Positions 41,201 through 53,200 of a stretch of 64,000 bases of DNA are shown here, piece by piece. The notes beneath the pieces are model-generated. The model was not told the origin of the DNA, did no database searches, and worked only from the letters and a program-made list of their open reading frames with translations. Source of the stretch: Callorhinchus milii. Lineage: Eukaryota. The DNA lies in contig NW_024704743.1 in NCBI RefSeq assembly GCF_018977255.1, forward strand, positions 97,962,001-98,026,000, given 5' to 3'. Both the position numbers and the translations under genes were made by a program. How positions within the stretch are numbered: position 1 is the first letter of the stretch; each line of letters begins with the position of its first letter.

Positions 41201-44200
41201 GGAGTCCTGAACTTCCATTTGATAATATTGTTGGAAAACAGAACGTAAGACAACTTTTATCTGACCTAACTTTTCGTACACTGTAAATAATTATCATAAG
41301 TCATTCAATGGGGTTATTTGCAGGTTGATGAAACTGAGGACCATTTGAAAATTAGTTCCCTGTGTGGATTATTTCAAATGTCAAGAGTCTTGTGAACGGC
41401 AGGGGTTGTTAAGGCTTGCGATCAATTCTATCCTATACGGTCCAATTTTCCCTTGCGTATTTCCTACAATTCTTTTATCATTGCAGTGGTGGGCCCTTTA
41501 AGGCAGAGTTCTTATGGATTCAAATATCAAGTGTCTTATGCAGGCATTGTTAAGGCTTATAATCAGGTATAATTCTATACCATCCAGTTTTCCCTCTGTA
41601 TTTCCTGTTCATCATCCAGGGGCCATTGCAATGATGAAAAAAACCTTGTTAGTACTTGTTTCAGCTCAAGCATTTGGTTCCCACCTTGCTCTGTGTTATA
41701 ACCTCCCAAAACCTCTTTGCCTTGTACCATCTCTCTCTGACTTCAAAACACTTTTCTAAAAAAAACTATTTGACTGTGCATTGACCTATTCCCTATTCCT
41801 CTCCTCTGCACTCTCTCTCAGTGTCTGACACTATCCATACAAAGTGCTTTGTGAATTTATTTTACATGAAAGTGTGTATATAAGTGCAAGTTGCTATTGC
41901 TTACAAATAGTGTGATGTAGTACATAGATAGCACTGGGTTGTCATTAAATTAACCTTCATAGCAGACTGAGCAATAATGGCATCCATGGAAGATTATTGC
42001 AGTACAAAGAGGATAGGATGGATTTAGGGAGTAAGTTCTAAGTGTGGGGGTGGGGGGGGGTGACTAATAGAGAAGAGAGAGTGTATATATATATATAATA
42101 TATATGTGAAATTATATATATATATATAGGACTTCAGAAGAACTGAAACCCAAAACTATTAATAATTAATGATCTCAGAGAGAAGCCACTTCAGTGTGAA
42201 AAGAAGAAAAGTATTAATTATTTCCCAAATGCAATGCCTTTAACAGCACAGCTGTGCTATTAACATGGTCTGAGCGACTGTGTGTTCAAGAGCTTTTGCA
42301 TGACCTACAATTAAAATGACAGCAGGGAAGGAATTATTTTGCAGATGTGAAATGATAAAATGCAATGCTAAACTAGCTTTAGGGTCCCGGAATCTAATAA
42401 GTACTATCCTCTCTCGCTGTGGCTGTTTCATAAAAGTGAGAAGTCAACGTTGATACAACAACCCAAGGGGTGAAAATAAGGAGACTAATGGTTCAGTGGC
42501 AGCAAGCCAGGAGGCAAAAGGCTTCAGGATTTTTTTACGGGGTCAGAATTAGCCGTTATCAGGCCTCAAATTTCTCATGTTGTAGTACTTTTCACAGCAG
42601 AAATATGTCATTCCAACGTGAAAGACACTATACCAAATGAAAAGATTATTACTATTACTTTATGACCTGAACAGCGGTGATTTAAAAATTACAATAATGG
42701 TTGAGTTCATGCCATGGATGCTTCGCCTTAGCCATTGTCTTGTGTCCTGGCCAACAATCCCCCAGCCAAAAACATTGGTCATTCACTTCATGGCTGCTTG
42801 TGAGACATTACAGTGTGTTAATTGGCTGCCGTTTACGCCTACACATACACAGTCTAATGCAGTAAACCCTAATGCGGTAAAATCCAGTGAAGAGCTTTGA
42901 GCCATCTCAACAACGTCATAAATCTCGATAGTAAATGCAAGGATTATTAATATTATAAATTTAAAATTGCACAGAATTGTGGAGAATTCTTCAATTCAGT
43001 CTTAATTCGGAAGCCGGTTCTTTTTCTGAACTGTGGACATTCTACTATATGATACAGTTAGTATGGCACCAACTGCAGTTTTCAAACAATACAGTACACA
43101 ATCACCCAAATGAAACTTCAATCAGTATTTAAAGGACTAGGTCAGTGATAATCACTGCACCATTTGCTGATACATGGATCAAAGCAGGCAGCACTCTAAC
43201 TATTAAAACCATGTATAATGCAATCCCTTCCTTGATAGTGCAGTTAGAGTAATAAAAACTATCCATTATTAGTAGAGACCTAACAAAATATACTGCTGTG
43301 CAAATGCTAGCCAAACTGCAGCCCGCGGGCCAGTTTCGGCCTGTGGAGACATTAAGAACCACCCCCCACATCCCGAACGTTCGTACTAGTCTAGGTAAGT
43401 CCATGTTCAATCAATGTTTCCAGGTTTTTATTGATTGAGGACTTTTACTGGATAAATAAGCTTGTTCCATGTTCAATTTCTTATACTCAGTTGATATACT
43501 AGCAGGCCTGGCAAAAGTGGTAATAATCAGCATTCCAAAATAAAGTAATTACTAATTAGTTACTAATCAAACCCAGCACAGCCCCAACTGGGACCAGCTA
43601 ATTCCACACACACTGAGGATTGAACATGGACCATTGCTGGCTATTGATGATAAATTAATTAAATTAGCCACCGGGTTAGATTCTGGGCTTTCTGGCCTTT
43701 ATCACTGAAAATTCATGAGTGCCCACCAGTTATTACCAAATCACTCTCATTATATGAGTGCAGAGTAAAGCTTTGGTGAACATACATCAAGTAATGCCAC
43801 TGGGAAATCAGCTGTTACTGATTTCAGCCACCCAGAAGATTGGGTAGATTTCCTTCCCCATCTATACATCTCATTCTAAGGTAATTTACATCAGTAAATA
43901 CCATCAGTATTTACTGTACCCTTTGTTCAAGTTTCATCAGCTACACTGAGTTAGTTCATGAACTCTTGTTCATGCCTTCATCACTTCCAGGCTCGACTAT
44001 GCAAACACCCTGCTTGTTGGCCTTCCCAACTCCTCCCTCCACAGGCTGCAGATAATCCAGAACTCTGCAGCCTGTGCCCTCTCCCGCACCAAACTCTGTG
44101 ACCCCATCTCCCCCATTCTCGCCCGACTCCACTGGCTCCCTATCCTTCAGAGGATCCAGTCCAAGATCCTGTTCCTCAAAGCCCTCCATGGCCTCGCCCC

Positions 44201-47200
44201 ACCTTAACTCTGCAACCTCCTAAGCCCCTACCAATCCGCCCGTTCCCTCTGCTTAGCTGGCCTGCTCCACGTCCCCCGACCCACCCACCCCACCATTGGT
44301 GGGAGAGCCTTCAGCCACTCTGCCCCCAACCTTTGGAATTCCATCCCCCAATCACTCCGCCTCGCCCCCTCCTTAGCCTCCTTCAAGTTCCACCTCAAGA
44401 CCCTCTTCTTCGACCATGCCATTGGCCACCCCCCTTCCCCTCCTCTCCCTTACCCCTCCAACCCCAGCTCGGGTCTGAAATGCTGTACACAGTCCAGCAC
44501 CTTGGAACGTCCTCCCGATGTGAAAGGCGCCATACAAATGTAATCTTGTTGTTAGTTAGTTCAGTGACTGTACATCTGATCAATGGCGGGGTCTATTTGC
44601 GGGTAGGATAGCCACCTGACTGATTTTTAAGCGGCCTGGTTATTTTTGTACTCACCCATTCCCTCATTTGCTTCAAGGTACATCTCCAGACCTTCGTCTT
44701 TGACTGTGCCTTAACTCATCGTCCCACCCCATGCCCCTTGGAGTCCTGCAGCTCACAAGGGAGAGGACCTGGGAGAGGAACAGGGGAAAACATTAGACAA
44801 ATTTCCTTACTCCTCCGCCTCGGTTTACATTTCTCTCCCAAACATTCAGTTTCAGTCTAAGGTTAAAAATAACCCTCTTATTGTGGAACTGAGAAACTCA
44901 CCAAATGTTAAATCTTGCTGGGAAGTGCACCTTCTTCCCGACTGTCCAAGCTGCAGAAACAGGCAACCTGCTGAGGCTGCATTGTCAGAGCCCACTGGTG
45001 TGAGTGAGGATCAGTTAATGGCTCCTTGTAAAGTGCAACAGTGAAGAGAACATTTCCTTCAGGAAATAGAGCAAGCTGAAATTTCAATTGCTTTTCTTTA
45101 TTGCTGTATTTCAGTGTAGGATTTGCAGCATGTTGTGCTGAGCCCTGAACTCACTTTTCATGCGATGGTTTCCATTTGAACCTTTTAAAAAGGTTAAAGA
45201 AAGGTCTTTATGTGAAGTTTAAATATCGTAAAATAATTCCAATCTTATTTTCATTGATGTATTGATATGCTTTTCTTGTCTCAGGCACGTACAACAACAA
45301 TAACTTGCATTTATATAGCGCTCTTAACATCCCAGAGCGCTTGACAGTGACGGAGTCTGACCTCGCTTATGTATTACTGCTTGCAATTCCCTCTTTATGA
45401 GATGTGTACATATGTTTATGTAAACAAGCTGAAATTGTAGTCAGTTTTATGCATAGCGCCTTTGTGATTATAACAGAGACATCCCATTCGCGTACGACAT
45501 CGCCAAAGCCTCTATGTGTAAGATCGACTGGAATTAATGGTCAGTCCATCCCACAAATAAATTAATAATAATCTTTGCATTTGATACAGTGCCTTATCAT
45601 GTCATTCAGATTGTATATTGCAAAGTGATGTGACTGTGAAATTTGTGGGTGAACACAGCCAATTTGCAGATGACACAGCTATGTCTATTGACCTGCAGGT
45701 TACAACAATTGACTCAGTTACTCATTAGTCAAGTTCGGTGCCCTGCTCCACTGGTTTCTTCATCGCTGTCATGTCACTGGGGCAGCTGCCAAGTCCCAGA
45801 CAGCGGCCAAGACAGCAAAGAAAGTCAGGGGTCTCCTACATCTCTCAGATAGATAGTTAAAAAATCCATTAAAGGAGACTAGGAAGCATTTTGCTACTAC
45901 ACAATTCTATTGCATTCTGCCTGTGACCCAGGGAGAAAAATAGAAGCATGCCTGTTTCAATTTCTCTTTCCATATTATTTTCCCTTTTCATCCTTGTTCT
46001 TCCCATGCTGTGCCATCTCTTCTCAATAGCCAGAGCGTGCGCAAAAAAAGCCCACTGGTCAGTCCTACAGAAACAAGACTAACAGTGCACTGATTCCCAG
46101 TAGTCATTTACTCACATGCTAATAGTCAAACCCATCTCTAAGTTTCCTTCCTCGTTGACTGTGCCTTCAGTCATCTTTCCCCTAGCTGCCTTTGGTTAGA
46201 AAATATAAATGACTGGTTGTTTTATGACTGCTCTGAGCTTTAACCATTTATCTGCAGAGTAATTAAGTTGATTGTCAATTACACTGTGAGCAGCAGGTTG
46301 GCAGAAAATAACCTTAGCTGTGTGATATCAAAGGATAAGAGCATTTTCTTGCTCTGTCCTCAGATCCCTCTCCCAAAGCTGTTTAATAATGATTTGATTG
46401 TTGTTCAAGTATCCAGTTATTCACTTCCCTGTGGGTAAATGTACTTTTATAAAACTGTTTATTGTTTTAAAATGGTTTAGTTTTCATTTACCAAATACAA
46501 TTCTAAACCTACAGCCCACGTGGGGACGGGAAAGGGAGGGGCAAGAGTGTTTTTAAGGAGCTTTAATTTGTTATGTGCATTCTACAGTGAGGTCGTTTGT
46601 TTTGTAGTGCTGCCTTGGCAAGTGGCATAAATGTGTGGTAGAGGGAACTATAGGTGGTTTATTGTTGGTGACAAAGCAATGGATGTTTTATGGATGTGGA
46701 TTTTTACCACGACTGGTAGCATTTGCTGGCCTCATTTACTTTGTGAAGCCTAAAACCCTATGGTCTTATCTTTGATACCATTGTCTTAAAATGTTAAGTT
46801 TGTGCAGAAATTTCGCAAATTTAGCCTTAATTTGGAGGCTTCGGCTACTCCCGGACCCGAGCGAGACCCTACCCCCGAGCGTTCCGGGACGCTATCCCGC
46901 ATGAAGGGCACCATATTAATGCAAGTTGTTGTGAGGCTGATTTTCCACAGTTCTTTTTAAAAAAAGGCTTCCAAATTAAGATTGCAGGTTCAAAATTTAC
47001 CAAAATTCTCCACGATTTCAAATTTCAAGACAAAAGGTCTGAAGGCTAAGACCATGAGAGATGCTGGGCTCTTGGTGTAAATGATGTACAAGAGAATTCC
47101 CACAGGTTTTACTGATCTTGACAACTATGTTAGCCGACCAACCAATCACAAAGATAGTTGGTGTCTGAGACTGAAGGGAGAAGTCTGCGGAGTTACTGAG

Positions 47201-50200
47201 AGGCTCTCCTTCAATTAAACATGGAAAAATGCATGGGAACATTTTCAACACATAAATAGTCACTTAATGCTCATGTTAATTTTATAACAGTGAATTATAC
47301 AACAGAGAACATTTGTATTACATTTAAAATATGCATGCTTTGAGTTCATTATTCCTATTATAAAGTGCCTGCCGATGCTCAACTTTATCAATAACTACTG
47401 CAGTTATTTTTTTTAATTAATCTTAAACAGAGTAACTAAACTGCATTATCCCATTTTGTTGGCCTTTGCAATTTGGTTCATAACTAAGTTGTTCTAAAAC
47501 ATTGATTAAGTCCTCCTTACACATTTCTTACACTTTAAAAGGTAACTTCCAGTGGTGAAATGTTCCTAGCTTTTCTTTCTCCATTTAATTGCTCTCAATA
47601 ATGCATACCTAGTTTGCTTTCCCTTTAGTCCAGCATTCTGTGCTGATTCATTCAAGATATCTGGCTTGCTATCTAGCTTATTCTTATTTGAAAGGTGAGT
47701 AATGTTGTTGTGGAACCTTGCATCTTGTGTGGAACCTGCCCATGAGATTTTCCTCAATTAATGCTGGGTTTAATACTACATATTTATGCTTCCTGCTTTA
47801 CATAATACACAGTGGATGTATTTATATCACTGGGGGGCAAATTGATTCCCTCCTGAAACCACCTCCTCAGCACCTTTTATACTGGGAGGATGTCCCAAGG
47901 TGCTTTCAGGTGATGTCACTTAGGTGGGCTCCATACATGAACTATTCGCCCTCCTGCCCATTGTATATCATGTTTAACAGGCAAGAAAAGGCATCTTGGG
48001 CATCAAACTTAAGTATTCAGAGAATACAGCGGCCAAAGGGATAAAAACTAGCTGAGGAACATTCATGTCAATTAAGCTGAATAAAAGACAACCACTACTT
48101 TACCTTCCCTGTTGTTTGAGCTATTGTTATGTGTGCATTTACGTGTGTTCATTGAGAGGCTGGTGGTGCTGGAGAATGAAGGATATCTTGTAGTCAGTAC
48201 ATCAGTTGCTACCCTTGGTTTGGTTTAGAGGAAGTAGCTGCAATGAGTAATTGCCTCTTTCTCTCCAGTAACATGCCTCTATGCCACCTTCCAAACTGCC
48301 TCCTGCAGTGTCACGCTTCCTCATTTCACACGCTGTTCCTTAACCGTCTGAGCAAGATTGCCAGATTAGTGTAAGTGAGCTCTAGGTCGGAACTATTTCT
48401 ATGCGTGGGCTCCTGCACACAGGATTAGGACAGCTGACAGCAGTGAGACAGACGGTGATTGGTTTGGAATGAAGCCCAAACACAAGGAATGAAAAGATAA
48501 TTTTCTAATCCACCAGCCACTACTTTAGCCAATCAAAATCTGGAGCAAGCCACTGCATTACAATATGGTTCAAATGTTAAACATTCAAACAACAAACGGT
48601 CTCCACAGAGCCACGAAAAGGGATATTACACCTTTAACATTTAGTGTCTGTTTGACAAATAGTGGATTGAAGACTTGACTGAGTTTGTAAAGTGCATGTT
48701 TGCTAAGCATTGTAACCTGCTTAAAGGTCATTCGACAAGGTTTCGCACTTAGTATTTCTGCATATATTCAAGGCTGCTCCTATCCCTGTAGCATTTATAA
48801 AATTACTTCTATTAAGAAACAAAGCTGTTAGTGGTTTTGATGGATTTGCGTGCAGGTTGATTTCATTTGAATTCTCTGCTAGGTCTTGTATGTTACCACA
48901 ATTGTAACTTAACATTGCTAAAAAGATGGATTCACTCTGATCAGTCCTGTAGCTCAGTCCTGTAGCTCAGTGGTTAGAGCACTTGCTTTGCAAGCGAGAG
49001 ACCTGAGTTCAATTCCAGGCAGGGCGAAACCTTGGGCAAGTTTCCTTACTCCACACGCCTAATAATAATCCCTCCAAAACTAAAAACAATAATAATTAAA
49101 TGGGTCATTTTCAATCTACGACTGTTCGTGGGACATTGCTGTGCGCAATTGGCTGCCGCGTTCGTCCACAAATATACAGTCAATTCACTTTACAGTGTGT
49201 TCTGTGAAGCGCTTTGGGACGTCCTCCCGACGTGAAAAGCGCTATATCAAATGCAAGGATTATTATTATTATCAATACGCAAAAGGTGCAGATCACATGG
49301 GATACAGGTCACTATCTGGACTAATCACCAAGCAAAATAAAGTAAATCAAAACAAAGAACCCAAAAATAATCACATGCATTGAGCAAAACCCATTGTAAA
49401 TCAATGATGAACACTAGCAAAATACTTTACGATATGTCTGCTTCTGCTGTGAAAAAAAACTGAAATTATATATTATTTATAAGAAATCAAAACATTTTTT
49501 AAAAAAGATACAAGCTATAAGATATCTTAAAATGATAGTAAAAAAATTCTGTTGGACAATAAAGAATATTTAATTATATTGGGTTTGTTTGGGGGGTGGA
49601 GGAGGAATCAGACTTTATTAACATTCTTTCACTCCTGGATTTCAAAATAAGTATAAGTGGAAAGGGAGAGGTATTTTCTATCTAGTGGGACATTTGCAAA
49701 CCTTTGGCGATATTTACTTAAGATGAAATATTCATCATTGATATTCATCAAGACCATCATATTACCCACTATAATTTCACAACAAAGATTGTGCTTCTTA
49801 ACTCTCAGCAAACACAGCTCTGTGGACTTTGCTATAGAAATGCGTCATGCAGCCCTGAAAGTATTTCAAATCTTAATGGATACCCATTTGTGGTATCATA
49901 GCATTTGGTTGCTTGCATTGCAGACCTGCAGTGAAAATTAATAATCAGAAGAAAACATAATTTTGGGAGCAATTTTTTTTTAAAAAAAGGATCCTCTTCA
50001 TCCATTTATGGATAAACCTACACCTTGTCACATGACCTTTAACTATCCACTCTTAATGCAATTGAACAGAGGTCTAGCGGGGTTTATTCTGTTTGCATGT
50101 GCTTTCCCTAGACTCTGGCTGCCCTAACAAGAAATTCAATAAATCTGCTTCCAAACCACCTTGCACAAGCTTTGCATGTCCAGTCTGGGCCTGAGGAAAT

Positions 50201-53200
50201 TAACAAGCGAATAGAACATGCCATCGACTTAAGGAGTGGGGATAAATTAAGAAGAGAGCATATCAAGCCTTTCTCACTGATGTTTAAAGACTCCGGCCTG
50301 GAGGAAAAGGTAGCTGGGCCACAAGTATGCATTTCGGCAGACTTAAAAGTGGATATGTTAAGTTTTAAAAGAAAGCACATAAAAGCTAGCACGAAAATAG
50401 ACAAAAGCACAAATTTAGATTTTTATATTGAGTACCTTTCACCCCCAGAATCTCAAAATATAGTTAATGGAAAACAATAGAAACATGATTTACACTGTGA
50501 AAGGAAAGCCAAATAAAAGAGAAAGGTAATTTGATGTTGTGTTTTGAATCTTAAACAAGATTGGTTATTTTAATAGTTCATCAATTTGATTTGGTTACTT
50601 ACCAAATATATATATATTTTAAAAATCCTTGTGATGTATTTCTAACAATGCCATTAGAAATGACTGTTGCCCTTCTATTTAATTGAAACAGCCTGTCCTC
50701 TGGTAGGCATCATCTTGCTAATTTCCCAGAACCCCCATAGAGACAGATAAATCATTGCAAAGCACTGTGGCGTGTGCATAGTTAGTGTGTTAATCTTGTG
50801 GTGTTTCTCTCTTCCAGTACTCTCAGATGCGAGATGAAGTTTTCAAGTCAAATCTGGTGTGTGCTTTTATTGTTCTTATATTTATCACAGCAATACAAAG
50901 TTTACTTCCCACATCTAGGTAAGTGTCAGTGGCTGTTCTTCCCCTCTTGAGTGGTGAATTGTTCGATTTTTCGTTGCTACTTGTACTGAAAAGCATTTTA
51001 TTTTATATTCCATAACTTTGGGGGAAACTCTGATTTATTTTGCAACACTGTTCTTTGGAAGACCGAAATATAAAAAAACACAAGATGAGATCATTTAAAA
51101 AAAGACTAAAATATTGTGTCACAAACAGAACGAGGTGTGGGTTCATGCCTTACGTCAGGTCTTTGGGCTCATAGTCTAAACTGAGACTCCAATACTATGC
51201 TGGAAGAATGATGCACAGTTGGAGTTCCGGTCCTTTGGCTGAGATATAAACTGAGGTCCCATCTATCCGTTCATTGTGGATGTTAAAGATCCCATGACAC
51301 TATTTCAAAAAAGAGTGTTACTACATGCCTATTTCAAATTCAAGGATTATTATTATACTAAAATAAATGACCAGGTAAGATGGAAATGAAATCTTGGTAG
51401 GTGTGAAGATAGAGAGGGAATAAAGGGAATGAAAGGATGAAAGAAGAGTGGAGTCCTGTAGCTCAGTGGTTAGAGCACTCGCTTTGCAAGCGAGAGACCT
51501 GAGTTCAGTTCCAGGCAGGGCGAAACCTTGGGCAAGTTTCCTTACTCCACACTCCTAATAATAATCCCTTCAAAAAAAATAAAAAAAAATAATAAATTGG
51601 TCATTTTCAATCTGCGATTGTTTGTTGGACATTGTTGTGCGCAATTGGCTGCCGCGTTCGCCCACAAATATACAGTCAATTCACTTTACAGTGTGTTCTG
51701 TGAAGCGCTTTGGGACATCCTCCGATGTGAAAAGCGCTATATCAAATGCAAGGATTATTATTATTATTTATTATAAGAATGCAGTAGTTTTGATAGACTT
51801 GCTAAATTTATACCCCTTTAATCCAAAGCATATCTCTTTATTCCAGTGGATAGTGAAACGTCATGCATGTTTCAATATGAACCATTTTCGCATCAGGCGC
51901 CCAGTAAAATGTTCCACTTTGATGATAAATAGAGCCAGGTGGCACACGCAAACCTGGCAACATACCACAAACCAGAAAACAAGCATTAGCTGAAATGTTA
52001 ATTTTCCACAGAGCTGAGATTTTCCATCACATGCCATTTAAATACTATTTGATGTGTTTGGAAGGCAGTAAGGTGGATATTTTGGAAGGATGAGTTCAAA
52101 TGGGCCGAAGGGCTGTCTTCATCTGAACCAATTTTGTAATTTTGTAACATGTAAAAAGGATGACTCATAGACACAGAGAGCAGGATGTAAAGCTGGCAAA
52201 CCGTATCCAGCCATAAGGCAGAGGCCATCTGGCTTCATTGGCACAGATATATTTGGGCCTCCAGAGAGGGAGGAAGGGACCAAAACTGAGTATTATATTT
52301 CATGTGGTTAAGCTGCAAATATCCAACATAAATATGTTTTACTGATCTAGCAGTTTATGAATTATCCTGAGGGAAATGGATTAAAAAGCCACTTGCCACT
52401 AAGCACCAAGGGCTGTTTCTTTTGAACTCACTTACATTAACTGCACTGGCTCAAAATCCATTAAATACCCGATATGTCCAATTGACTTTTCCATGAGCCA
52501 GGAAAGTGTGTATAAAAGATTGGAGACCAAAAATCACTGTGTTCTGCTGGCATGACGTTAGTGAATCGCAAATTCGACCTAAATGAAGGACTGGAGATAG
52601 AGCATAATTTAGTTGTATGATGACCACATTCTAACTTCAAGGAGGTATGAAATGAGCTTTGCATCCAAGTGGAGTTCTAGTGAATACAAAGCATGATTCC
52701 ATCATTTGCTAAATTAATTCACAAATCCCTGTGAATTGAACCCCATTGTAAGACTCTGCTCAGAATGGGGGTAGCTATAAACTGATCTTATCTCCATCAA
52801 AAATGGCCTTTTTTCACTTCAAACCAACTCGTCTATCTCACATATCAAGACTTCCCCTCCAGCAGTCACCAATAAATGATATGGCTGTCAGAGTGCATGA
52901 CATCTGTGCGTAATACATGTGGACAATAAAATCTGGGATGCAATAAATGTTAGTATTATTTCAATCAGTGTAAAATCCAGTGCCACAGAAATCTAAACCA
53001 AGTTAACCTTGTACAGTATGTGAGAATGAGGTGAATGTAAACTGAAATGTTATTTTACGTGAAACATTTTGCTATAAATATCTTAAATGTATTTGGCTGC
53101 ACAGGATGAACCTTGTTGTGTTCTCTCTTTAGGACGTTGCCAATGGTCATCCAGTTTACCATTCTGATAATGTTGCATGCTGCACTTGTGTTAGTTACTA

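Noticed and set aside
51450..51523. tRNA-Ala(TGC) gene
   Set aside because: The T arm is bulged, the first acceptor pair is mismatched, and it continues directly into the SINE body seen in several copies.
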